From positions 15,314,001 through 15,378,000 of the forward strand of contig OZ241829.1 in assembly GCA_965202585.1 (NCBI GenBank): a DNA stretch of 64,000 nucleotides, given 5' to 3'. Under the pieces are notes generated by a model. It was not told the origin of the DNA. It did not search any database and saw only the letters and a program-made list of their open reading frames with translations. Shown here in pieces: positions 25,101 to 37,000 of the stretch (positions within the stretch are counted from its first letter, which is position 1; every line of letters begins with the position of its first letter). A program made the translations under genes and the position numbers. This DNA is from Thalia democratica (taxonomy: Eukaryota).

Positions 25101-28100
25101 TTCTTCGAGTATAAAATTTTATTTTAAACAGCTTAGAATGCTTAAGGTGAAAAATTCAAAATATTGTTTTTTAAACTTTTCTTTATACATTTTAAGTTGT
25201 ATATATGTTATAAGAAACTTTTTTAAAAATATTAAAGCTTAGCTCGACTCAATCAATAATACATTAGGTTAGACTTAAGAAAAATTATACTTACTGTAGG
25301 TCTCATCAGGTATTTGAACTGAAATATTTAAAAACATGTAGTTTTATACCCAATATTAAACAGGACTAACTGAAAACAGGACTAACTGAAAAGCTTACAA
25401 GAAATCTAAAAGAAAAATATTTGTTTAGGACAAAATTAAACCCTTTCTATTTGTCTTTACAAAGTAATTTTCGTTTTACCTGCCCATGTATAGCCCATAC
25501 CCACTTTTCTTGGTTTACTGACCTCGATCTCAGCTTCTGCCCAGTCTCATAATCCACGATGTACATAACGTTTAGCCTTTTTGTTTTCAGATTTTTTTGT
25601 TTGAAGTAAAGGTCGGCATTGCTCAGCTGATTGTACGATTTGCCAAGTCTGAGCGCTGTTTCAGTGTTTTACTTTCATATAATTTTTATTTACATTTCTT
25701 AGAATATGAGAGAATCAACAGTTACTGTTATTTATAATATGTTTATCATTAAATATCAAACAAGTTTCGATTTATCACCTGCCAATTAATTTTAACGTCA
25801 GTATTTGTACTTAAAGTTACAAACATATTAAAAAAATCCAGCATAACTCTAGTAAATGCCGCTGAGTTTAAGGCTACAAAAAAAGCAATGCCTACATCCG
25901 GGTTGCAGCAACCCAGTGTGCATACAAATGTACCACTGTTGCATGCATGAGTCAATGGATGAAACTGCCATGAAAAAGAAATGAGTGATCACATATGAAA
26001 TATCATTACTGAGGTTCAAATAATATTGTTTTATTTTTTTTAAAGAGTTTACATTAACACCTTCTGTGCGAATTATAAACTATGTCTTAAAAATTAAAGG
26101 TTCTCTTTGTATAACTTTTTAAGCTCTGATGTGAATTTTAACTATACATCGAAACTAAGTTTACTTAGAAGGACATACTCGAGTCCAATTGTTTTTTTAT
26201 TTTTGTACTTTACACGCACCTTTAACTTTTGTTACAATGCGTTCCATCATAGAAAAACGTGTTAATAAATTGTGTACTTTAAAAATTTTAGTCGTATATG
26301 AGTAATTTATAGACACAAGTATGATGATATGATATTTTGTTTGAAACTTGTTAAAGTGCTAAATACTTTATAAGTAAAGCAATATTTATTTGGTACAAAA
26401 CTAGTTTATTTTTACATATATTTTAAATTTTATTTGTTTGCTTCAGATTTACTGTTTGTTTTTTAATAAATATATTTAAATGTATGTAAAAAAATCTCTA
26501 ACGTATATTTCAAGTTTAATACTTTACAATCAAACAAAGCATATTATCAGAAACTTTCAGAAAAACTAAAAAATTATTGCAAGTAGGAAATATAAATATA
26601 ATCAAAGTATAAAAATTTAAATTTTAAAATTAATTAATTAGAATTAAATAAAGTTTGATAACAATTGCTAAAACGCTGTGCATTGTGTAGATTATGAAGC
26701 TTTTATTTAGGACTTTAAATTAATAGTTAAAATTGTTTAAAATTTATTAATTTTTAAATTAGTCTAAAACTCCAGAGTTTGCCCGGGCAGGAATATCATA
26801 AACAATTATTAAAGATTAATGCAAATTAATTAGATGAATTATTTATATTTACTGCTATTAATTAAAAAATTTAAAATATTTAATTAAACTTGGTTTGTAA
26901 CTAACTTTAGTGCGGGTTATTCTAGATTATAATGAAAAAAAGTCTTGGTGATGAAATTTTATACGGTTTTTTCAGTTTTTCTGTATTGCTTTCTTTGAAA
27001 TACGATCGCACATAATTTGAGTCAATTTATGAGTGTTGTACTTCAACAAAAATAGAAGTGTTTTAAATTAGTTAAAGAATATACTAAAATCAAAATATTG
27101 TAGATATTTAATAACAAAACAGTAATTAAAACTCAAAGTACTAATTTTGATAAAAACCTTTAGCTGTAAAGCACAAGTCGTAAACATTCTTAACAGGCTC
27201 GAAAAACATGTGCACTAACTACCCACCCTAAACAATTTCAGGGTCTACTTAATTATTAAGAGTTCACAACAAAAAATAAGTGAAATAAAAAAGTGATAGC
27301 CCGTATATAAAAGTTGTTTTCACCTGTGTTATGTATGAACCGTCTAGTCCATCTTTTAGACCGTTTTAATGTTTTGGGAGGTAGCTTGTAAGTATTTCCA
27401 TCACTCATGCTTAATGTCTGTAAAATTTTTTATTTGGTGTTTTAATTAAATGATAAAATTTAAATATTATATGAATGTATTTCATGACCGTAAATCTAGT
27501 TATATTGCTTTTAAGAACACCTTAAACGTTATAAAAAATATCAATTAGTTAGTAGTTTCAAATGAATAACGACAAGCCAGTACTTAAATTTTATGAATAT
27601 AGTTTAATTAATTTTTTTTTGTTTAGATATAGGGACAAAGAAATCTCAAAGTTTTTAACTAAAAGTAGTTTAAATAAAACTAAGAATGGTTTTAAATATT
27701 AGAAAATAAACTTTAAACCTGAAATAACTAGTTGTGAACTAAAACACAACTATACTTTAAAAAAGAAATTACTAAGTTTTGTTTTAAACCTAAATTTCGA
27801 ACAAAAAGTTTTGAAACAAATAGTCAATAAATGCTGCTTATTAAACTCTTTTTAGCAATGTATTACCACTTCAGGGCAAAGTTGTATGTCAGCGGTGACT
27901 GATGTGTCATAATTGTCGGTTCCTTGATAAGCACATGTGTCATTTGTGTCATTAGGAACGTCAACTCGCAGTATGAACGGCATATTGTCCTCTATTCGCA
28001 CAAACAGGTGAAACCGGTTAATCTAGACATTAAGACGAATTGCTTAGCAAAGTTTAAAGTTACAGTTTGAATATTTCATCGATTAAACTTAGCTCATTGT

Positions 28101-28785
28101 ATTTTTTAATATTAAAAAGTTAGTATGAGATCTAATACGTGTTCACCAAAATTTTACTGTCTTTACAATTTTGCTGGCGTGCTTTTGTGCTGCAAAATTA
28201 TCAAAAAGGAACAAATGATACTTAAAGTACTTATATTTATTTTATATAGATATAAATTAGTAAAGTTGCTGTTGTAATATAATGTTTCGGAGAGACTAAA
28301 ATAATGTGTTAAATTTTTCAATTGAAAAAAGTTTCATAATTTTATAACATATTACTTACTATCATTGTTGTGTTAAACTTTTCTGCAATGAAATCTTGTG
28401 TTAACTTCAATGCGTTTTGTAGATCTTCTCCGATTTTGTAGCCATTGTGTTGAGAAACATATATTTCTGTGATTTCTTTGAATTCCACAGGTGCACAGTT
28501 CGATTGCTGTAAATATTAACTAATTAAAAACTTTTATTTTTTACTTTTTAGTTTTATTTGTCTGTTTTATTTATTTGTTTAATTACTTACTGTTACAAAT
28601 GACGGTAACTATTTATTAAAATTAAATAAACTTTTTGCCTTATAGTAGTTAGCGTGGACTTAATATTGAATTTTTCAAAACAATTTTTTGAATAAATTTA
28701 TTTTAGTCTTATAACTATAAAGTAACTTGAAACTTACCAAAAAGCTAAACCCAAAAATTAAACCAAACACTAATAAAAACTTCAT
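19179..28785 (-). CDS. Secreted ADAMTS-like zinc metalloprotease (metzincin), about 598 aa: signal peptide, prodomain, catalytic domain, disintegrin-like domain, one TSP1-like repeat
   Basis: 15 phase-consistent GT-AG exons (minus): 28738-28785, 28379-28506, 28147-28189, 27867-28022, 27324-27417, 25480-25655, 24634-24711, 24101-24320, 23659-23779, 22218-22327, 21864-21906, 20644-20788, 20101-20304, 19636-19793, 19179-19251 (1797 nt). Signal MKFLLVFGLIFGFSFLQSNCA; prodomain TCAYQG...LCPEV; furin RSKR; HEIGHLIGLRH zinc motif; Met-turn HYIMD; WSDC; YPGSRISLDAQC; GTKCAQNGICIDNVC; PWSEY...CQFKC...CRENP...KCLG...KCKEIC. An extra exon near 25.9 kb cannot be excluded. A 63-nt 5' UTR intron is likely at 28794-28856. 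Confidence 0.88.
21568..21610 (-). pseudogene. Degenerate tandem duplicate (pseudo-exon) of ADAMTS-like exon 11
   Basis: Aligns with 21864-21906 including the GTGAGTT donor (TGC AAG CGA GTC ATA TTT GAC TAC TTT CTT vs TGC AAC AGA CTC ATG TTC GAC TAC TTT CTT). The acceptor AG is lost and TCA has become TAA. Confidence 0.75.
22016..22178. repeat. Near-perfect inverted repeat (about 55-70 bp arms, about 28 nt AT loop)
   Basis: ATTTATTTACAAAGGCAACAATGTTTCTCCCCTAAGGGATCTTCAGGCCTGCAAA ... TTTGCAGGCCTGAAGACCCCTTATAGGAGAAACATTGTTACCTTTGTAAATAAAT. Confidence 0.85.
22410..22530 (-). mobile_element. tRNA-like SINE family, copy 2 (ADAMTS-like intron)
   Basis: Near-identical over about 90 bp to the copy at 940-1027. 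Confidence 0.65.
22912..23492. mobile_element. Foldback-type non-autonomous element with TGCACGA subterminal arrays and telomere-like core, copy 1
   Basis: Left arm has tandem (T)TGCACGA, right arm tandem TCGTGCAA ending GACCCGTTCCC; core carries three CCCTAACCCTTACCCTCGGT units; homologous to 28902-29470. Confidence 0.75.
23896..24010 (-). mobile_element. tRNA-like SINE family, copy 3
   Basis: Contains core GGAACCTTTCGGCTATCGAG plus flanks similar to copy 1 (TTTACAGTCTTTTACGAG). Confidence 0.55.
25359..25390. repeat. 16-bp tandem duplication
   Basis: AACAGGACTAACTGAA repeated twice in an ADAMTS-like intron. Confidence 0.8.
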
Positions 28786-28901
28786 TCTAAAACCTGTTAA
28801 CATACTAAGGTTAGAATATTATTTTTAAATTAAGCATATTAAATGATCAAACTTACCTTTAAGAACTACAAAAACTTAAGAATTTAGATAATATATTTTT
28901 T

Positions 28902-29470
28902 GGGGAGGTGTCAAATTTCCACGAGCGGAAAAAATTGCACGAGGGGACTAAACTGCACGAAGACACTTTTGCACGAGGGAACTAAATTGCACGAAGAAAT
29001 TTTTGCACGAGCAAACAGATTAGATTTTTTATACATTTTTATACTTTTACTAATTTAATTTTTTTTATAATTAATTTAGTTTTTAAATTAATTTTATTTT
29101 ACTATCACTGTTATCCCTAAGCCTTACCCTCGGTCGATAGTTTTTTTTTCAGTTTTTAGTTAGTTAATTTCTATTTATTAATTTTTCTGTTTTTTTAAAT
29201 AATAGTTTTATTAGTCATTTTTTTACTTTTATTTTTACTATCACTGCTACCCCCAACCCTTACCCTCTCAGTAACTTTTTTTTCTTTTTGTTTTTTTATT
29301 GGTTTATACTTTTTTATGTACATTTTTTTCTATTTTTTTTACTCTCGTGCAAAAATTACCCTCCTTGCTAGATTGTAACTCGTGCAATTTTGTCTTCGAG
29401 CAAAATTGACCCTTCGTGCAATTTAGTACCCTCGTGCAATTTTTTTTTCGTGCAATTTTGACCCGTTCCC
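28902..29470. mobile_element. Foldback-type element, copy 2 (immediately upstream of ADAMTS-like 5' UTR)
   Basis: TGCACGA at 28936, 28954, 28970, 28988, 29004 (alternating 18/16 bp spacing); two CCCTAA(G/C)CCTTACCCT-like core units; right arm ends GACCCGTTCCC; left end GGGGAGGTGTCAAATTT approximates its reverse complement. Confidence 0.75.
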
Positions 29471-30608
29471 ATAGTTTTCATTTCAAACTTTTATTAACCT
29501 CATCATTTATTTTCTAACTTAAGATCATTTATAAGTTTAAAGGTAATTTACAATAAAAAGTATTTTTATTTAACATACCCAGCTAAGATTCTAGAACATA
29601 GTTAACAAAATTAAAATTTGCTTTGATTAGAAAATAATTTTATAAAAACAAATCAAAACTCTCCTTTCAAAATTGTTAATTATAATTTAGTTTTTTAACC
29701 TAAATTAGTTGTTATCTCTTAAGTAAAAACACTGATGTCTTTATTAAATTTTGATAAATAATTTTGCTTTAAGCTAAATATGTAAGCAGTTTAGTTTTAT
29801 ATAAAAAATTAGAATTTAACTGCCTATTTATAGTTAAAAATACTTAAGTGTTTTAGCATTTAGAAACTTTTTATGTAACCGATTTATTGTTAATATAGTT
29901 TAACAAATAATGATCTTTTTCTGATTAGCTTTAATTTGTAGATTACAGTTAGTGTAACTTGGTATGTAGACGTTTAAAATTAGTAAAAACCAGCTTTAAA
30001 TGGTGAACACAACCATTTTATAAATGATTAACTTTACAATGGTTAGATTTAAAGTAATTTGTAGAACTAAAAAAAATAATAAAATAGGCTTTAAAAAACG
30101 TTTTCTAAGTAAAGTAATAGGTAAAGTTAATTCTTATTAACTAATTAAAACAATATTGTCATTTATTTGTGTTAAAAAAATCAAATAAAAGTATTTTGAA
30201 CTGTACTAGTGCATTTTTTAAACCATAAAGTTTTTAAACGAAAACTGTTTTAAGAACTCGTCATTATAAAACAATAATATAAACAATAAAAAACACTTTA
30301 AATTTGTGAAAATATTCCTTAAATGCCTTTTAAATTGTATTTTTAGTTTTTATTGTCGATCCTGTAAAATTACTAAGGTTAGATATAAAACCATGTAAGT
30401 TATCACTAAAGTACAAAACGTTGTGGTAATTTTTATTAGTTTCGAAATAAATATAGTTAATTTAGTTTGAATTTTGTTTTACTAATGTTTTTTATACTAC
30501 ATACTTTTATGTTACTTTAAGACTATAAAATAGTAAACATAAATTTAAACTAATAAGTACTAGTAGTTTATGAAAATCAACAATTCACAATGATTTTAGA
30601 TTCCAAAT

Positions 30609-30933
30609 GAGGGATCGGCAAACTGCAGCCCACGAAAACATTTTATATTTTTAATAGGATGCAGCCAATGAAAGGTAAAACTGCGATTCGCGAACATGCA
30701 AATTTGGCCCATCGATTAAAATCTTAAAATTTGCACTAGATATTGTGATGTTTAAAGTGAAGAGCAAAACAAAAAAAAAACTGTTTTAGGTAAAAGTTTA
30801 AAAGAAATTTAAAACTTACGCTAGATATTTAGGGTCTTTAAGAAGAGTTAAAAACAAAACTACCACTGCGGCTCGCCAATTTTTTTAATTTTGAAAAATT
30901 GACCGGCGACCACCAAGTCCCGGCCGACCCCTG
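30609..30933. mobile_element. hAT-like MITE (CAGGGGTCGGC-type termini)
   Basis: GAGGGATCGGCAAACTGCAGCCC left end and GGCCGACCCCTG right end; no clear 8-bp TSD remains. Confidence 0.55.
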
Positions 30934-32384
30934 CTTTAAGTCAAAAATAATTTATTAATACTTAATTTAATTTGAAGCTTATTGAAAATTATTTTGATTA
31001 ATTTACCTAGTGATGGTAGATAACAAAATTATAAAATAAAAAAAATTAAAGCTACAAAAAAATTTTCATTAGAAACTTAGCTAAATGCTATATTTTGACC
31101 TTTATTAATCTGAAAGTGTACATTTTAACATGTATGCTTGAATTTTAACAGCTGTTTCATGACATTTAAATACATAAACGTTTAGACTTAGTAAATTGTG
31201 ATTTTAAAAAAATAACTTAATAGTATAATTTTAAAAGTTAACTTGAAAATTAACGATTAGATAAATTACTATAGTTGTGTTCATTTTCAGCTAAACATCA
31301 TAAAAAAAACATAAAAATTTAAAATAGCATTTGTTTACATACTACTTTAACATTTAATTGTCAAACTTAGAGTTGTTATCAAAACATTATTAAACTTTAA
31401 CGTGTAACTTTGTTTCTCTACTAAATCTTAAATTCTATCTGTTATCTAAGGTTTTATTAGATCTTCTTTAATATTTTTGTTAACTTATTGTTAATACAAA
31501 CTTAGTCAAGTCTCTAATGAAATTTATTAACTTTTATAAATTTAATTAAGTGTGATAACTTATTCAAACGAAAGAAAAGTTTTCAAGTAGTAAACTAGAT
31601 CTAGGTACTAACATTTTGCAATTAGTTAATGGAATCAGTTTTATCAGCTAAACAGTTGTGTGATTTTTTAAATTGAGTAAAAAGGTTAACGGATTTGTTT
31701 GTTTGATATTTTTGAGAAAACTATTTTGATAGATAGACACTACTTTAATAAATAAATGTCATTAAATTTGTAATTTTATTAATGTAGTGTTAAACTTTAA
31801 CTTTAAAATTTTGCTACACTTCTAAATCTAACCTTAATGTTAATTTTTATCTCTTATCTACGACTTTATGTTATCTTCTCAAAATAAAACTTTTTTGAAG
31901 GCACTTTATTGACTTATTGATAGTATAAAGTTTAAACGTAAATCTAATTAAAACTTTGAAAGTTTATTAACTTTTGTAAAAAAAAATCAAGGTTTTAAAT
32001 TTGCTTCAAAACTACGTAGAAGACCCCAAGTAGTCAACTAGATTTAATTATTAAGAATAGCAATTAGTTACTATAACCAATTTTGTCACCTTGATAGTTG
32101 TTTGAGATTTTAAATTTTAATAAAAAGCTTAACGGGTTTGTTTGTCTAGCATTTTAAGAAGACAATATAGGTATCAAGTACTAGTTACTTCAAAAAAAAT
32201 CAGTAATTTAAAAACTTAACATAAACTATACAGAAAAAAAAATATCTTTTTAAGTTTATTGTTTCAAAGGCACGTTGAAAATAGAAATAAACTGTAAAAG
32301 CAAATGTATACAATTTTTAATAAAATGACCTTTCTTTAAATGTATGTGTGATTCGAAAGTCAAAAAAAAAAGATTAATCTACAT

Positions 32385-34082
32385 TTTATTTTATTTTTTA
32401 AACAAAAACAAGTAATAAATTCAAAAGTCCTATAAACGATAAAAACAATTCTTTCCGGGGCAGCTAGAAAGAACAAAACAATTAAAATAAACGAAAAAAA
32501 AGAGCAGAGAAAAAATGTTATTTCTTATATTAAAAAGAACCCGAACGCGAAAGGAACCTCAAAAAAGTCTGAAAAGACACGATAGAAAACTTGTAAAAAG
32601 ATTCCGTGCTCTCGGAAGAGCTTTAATCTTTTTTCTCCTCTCTTACTGGTGTACTTTTTTCTGGGGTCCCTTTCGCGCCGGTTTGCAACATGCAGCAAAA
32701 CTTTCAACTTCCCCGACAAAAAACAAAAACCCGCGAAAATGGTCAAAAGCGATTCCGACCACTTTCGGTGCTTTAATTTCAGATCGAGGGAAGAACAAAA
32801 GCAACAAAAAATAATTTGAAAATGAGGATTTACCGGGAGGAATAGAGACAATTTCGAGATGAAAAAAAAAGTTAAATGAAAGTTGTGAATTTTTCCTCCC
32901 TGTAGATAGAACTGATGTTGATGCTGATTACGTGATAGCTGAACAGAGCCAAAAAAAAAACAAAAAATACTTTTATCAGTAATGACGACAAAAAAAAGAG
33001 AGGTGATACTTGACAATTGGTTGTTTCTTACAAAGTTACAAAAAGTTTTTCGAAAAAGGTAGCTTTCAATCAATACTGAGATGCTGGGAGCTTTTTTCAA
33101 TTGAAAAACTCGTCAAGAAGCAGAAGTTAAACATTCATATTAAACGAAAAACAAAACATTTAATTTTTCCGGCACTTTGGCTGCTACTAAGGCTGCTGCT
33201 GTATTTTGACTACCGAGAAGGCAAATGAATTTTCCAACAAGGACAAACAAGGCGTCGTGTTGGTAACACAGAAAAAAACAACGATTAAACTTATCTACAA
33301 AAACGTACAAAACAATAAATAAAAGTGCAACTTTGAAGCACCTCATGTTTTCATAAAAACTTAGTTCTAATTTCTGTACTTATGTTTTTTTTTTTGCTGT
33401 TAGATAGTGCTGTCATTAGCAAAACTTATTACATACACTCTCATTTTTTAACTAAAAAAAGCTTTTGTCAGTGCTGTACTGGAGTATTTTTTATAGTTTT
33501 TAGTTTAATTAGTTTTTAATAACATCACGGACAAGTAAGACACTTTTTTGTGGTGAAAAATTCGGTGAGGTAGAGCCTTTCAGCTAGCTTTTCATACTTG
33601 GGGAAAAAATCATTTTAGGGTGTTTTTATTTACTAGAAATGTTTTTTGTCTGGTCAATAAGAAAGTGTTTACGTGTGAGAGTTTATGTACAAAATATGGA
33701 GAGAGAGCTAAAGCTGAATTACTTTGGATCGGTTTTGAAACACTTCGGGTTTATTTTAACAAGCTGCTATTTAAGTATTCAAGGTTTAATGTGTAAGGCG
33801 TCCAAAATCACTTATTAACTTCTCCTGCAGAAACTTTTAAAGGCAAATGGTACAAAGTGCTCGTTCTCAGGTAAACGCCAAAAAACAAAACTCCAAGTTC
33901 GGACGATCAACGTGTCTCAAGTTTTTCTTCACAGAAAGAAAAACTCCAGGGTCAACCCTTTTAAGCAAGAAACAGGCTTTCGAAAAAAAAAACGGGGTGA
34001 TAAAAAAAAATGGGGGGACGTAAAACACTCGAGGCGCGCGTGAATAAACCAACTAAAATAAATCAACAGTAAAAAAAGTTCT
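32385..34082 (-). other. Probable long 3' UTR of lamc1
   Basis: Follows the lamc1 stop codon, is T-rich on the minus strand, and has tandem AATAAA at 32385-32395. The extent is inferred. Confidence 0.45.
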
Positions 34083-37000
34083 CTATTCGGACTCGACTTC
34101 CTGGGTGGCCGAGCAGGTCTCGGGTATGGTGTCCCCGATGTGCTCCAGGTTTGCCACCTGCGCTTCCAGCGCCTTGATCTCCGCCTCGTACCCGGCTATC
34201 TGCGCCTTCTGCTCCTCCGTCTCCGCCCTCAGCGTGGCGATCCTCGAGGCCAGCCCCTGCTCGGCGTACTCGCCTTCCAGCCGGGTGAGCTCGTCTCCCA
34301 GCCTGCTCATCTCCTCGTTGTCTCCCGGCACCAGCTTGTCTGCGAGGATCGAGATTTTGTATCGTTTTTTTTAAAGATTTTGCAAAATTGTTTAAAGCAA
34401 AAATGGCAAAAATATTTAAAAAGATTTAAATTTTTCTCCCACTTTAATACTTATAGTTCTAGTAATTTATGTATTGCATTAATAATTGCATCAAAAAAAA
34501 AAAGTACTATAAGTTTTTTGAAACCAACGTGCCGTCTAGGAGATTTAATAACTTTTTTGTTGTTTAAAGTGAAGCTAGATTTTTTTTTATTTTTACGCTT
34601 GCGAATTGTTTATGTCATTATAAAACAAAGTTTTAAAATGTACCTGCTATTAAAGGTTAAGTTCTTTTTTATACTTTGTTAATAAAAGTTTGACAGTATA
34701 GAAATACTGTTGTTGCTTTGAAAAAAAACATTTAAGTTAATTTATTTTAAGTTACTAATCGTATGTATCAGACTAAACTCACTTAGATCTGCTAACAAGT
34801 CTTCAAGTCTCGCCAACACATTGTTGACTTTTGTTTTAGTATTTTTTGCCATTCCTTCTGCTGTGCTAGATTCTGCTATCGCCTAAGAATTAAAAACAAA
34901 ATTAATAAATGTCAAATTACATAAAAATTTGTCCATATAAGTTGATATTTTTTCAAAATTTAAGCTACACTCTTAATAAATTAACTTTTTAGATATGTGT
35001 TAAACATAAATACTAAACATCAAAACCTAAAAGCAAATTAATTGAGTGTTAACTTCTTATATAGTGTAAACTGAGGGCAGTGATCTATCTTGTTTTCAAT
35101 ATGTACATACACTAAAATTTTTGATACTTTAGTTATAGTGTTTAAATGTCATTTTGAAATACTTTCTGGATTTTTTTTAAACCAACCATTTTGAGCTCAT
35201 CGGTGTCTTGCTCAACTTTGCTCTCTGCTCCTTTGAGGATGTCGTCGATCCTCAAAAGTTCTTGTTTGAGGAAAGTTGCTGAGTTTTCAACTTCAGCTGC
35301 TTTCTTTCTGCCTTCTTCCGAAGTTGTTAGGATCCTCTCAGCTTCCTGTTTGTTGTCAAAAAGAATTTAAAATGTGTTGTTTAAATTTTTAAATGTCAAA
35401 AAAAAAGTTTGGTATCAGTAATGGTTTTAAGCTTTTAGTTAAGAGCAAAGACTACAATAAAGCTTTATATCTGTTTCATTTAGTTTCTGTAAAATTTTTA
35501 TCATAACCAAATTAACTTACCAATCATTTTATTTGAACTTGTATAATTCATAGGTAAAAAAAAACAATAAAAATAAAGATAGTCTAAACTACACTAAAAT
35601 AAATAGGTTAAAAATTATGATTTTATTTTCAAACTAAAACTAAATTGCAGATAGTAATGATTTGCAAAGCAAACCAAGTAACAAAGTAAAGTTTTTCAAA
35701 AAAAAAGTTGCAATCAAATTTAATGGCTGCATTTTAAAGCTTATCTAGTAAGTATAGCATTGCACTCCAGCGATAAACAACACGCCAGTTATTTGCCAAG
35801 TAAATACAACAAGAGAGCGCAAATAGTTAACACTGACATTTTCAACACTAGTGGCGATGTCGAGAGCCTGCAACGCCTTGTTCTTCGCCGAAACCGCCAC
35901 CGTTTTGGAAGCTCCCAGCTTCTCCTTGGCCTGCTCCGTCACGTTCTTCGCTTCCGCGATCGTCGCTTCGATGGCATCCTTCTTTGCCAGCTCCGCTTCG
36001 GCCTTGGCTCGGTTCTGCTCGATCTCAAAGTCGAAACCTGAAGTTTAGAACTCAACTCACATGCATTGAAAGAGAATATTGAAACTGATTTGGAAATAAT
36101 CGGAATGCTTTTGAGTTAGAGCTCAAGAACTTTTCAAAACAAAAATAAAAAAAAGTTTGAAAATTGTGAAAAACTTTATATTCACAACATCATTTCTAAA
36201 CAAATGTATAAAACAAAGTTTTAAACAATAACAGTGTAAAAACAAACTTTTGAGGGTATCAACTCGCAGTTTGAGCGAAGTGAGCGTTTGGTTTCCTTTT
36301 TCAACGGCCATCTTGGCTGCCTTTTCAACTGCATCTGCCTTAGCCAGCAGTTGATCAACTGACTGTTGAAGTTAAGAAAAGTTAGCAAGATTTCAATGCA
36401 GTAAAAAGTATTTGGTATAGAACTTTCAATTTTTTTTGTATTGAAAAAAAATACTTAAATTTTTTAAGGACAATTAAAATGAATTTTTTTCTTTAAATTG
36501 TTCCTTACCAATCCGAATTTAGATTTTGGAAGTTACATTTTAATACGTCTTCACAACTTTGAATTAATTAAATTCAAACCTGTTGATTAGCATGCATTGT
36601 TTGGTACATTGTCTCTGCACTGTAAATATTTGATTCCAACTTAAAGTATTTTTCATCAAACTTCTTCTTCAACTTTTCAACCTGTTATCAAATAAAAAGA
36701 TAAACTTTGAATTTTTGTTTTAAGTTTATACTTTGTGTCTGTCTAACTTTGTTTTACTTTAACTTTGTTTATTTTTGTTATTGCTTCTTTATTAAATCAT
36801 TAAGTTTATTACAAAATAAGTTAAGCCATGTTGCTAAACCGTATGTTTGAATATTAAATATATGCCAGGGAATTTTCAGCTATTAGTTTAGGTTTTTCAA
36901 CCGTTTTAGACACAAACAAAAACAGTTACTTTTTTTCTACAAATTTTAACAAACTACATACCTCTGGTACTTGGTCTTCCACTTGCTTGATGAGCTCAGT

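Noticed and set aside
25290-25320. CTGATGAG as a possible hammerhead ribozyme core (also considered for the SINE core)
   Set aside because: No stem II followed by GAAA and no cleavage-triplet stem can be drawn; the SINE core lacks CTGANGA.
25810-25975. Cys-containing ORF region inside the protease gene as an additional exon
   Set aside because: The model is phase-complete without it and candidate splice sites are weak; left unassigned.
32515-33346. ORFs of up to 191 aa downstream of lamc1
   Set aside because: K/F-rich products of homopolymer runs in a probable 3' UTR; no splice logic or domain.
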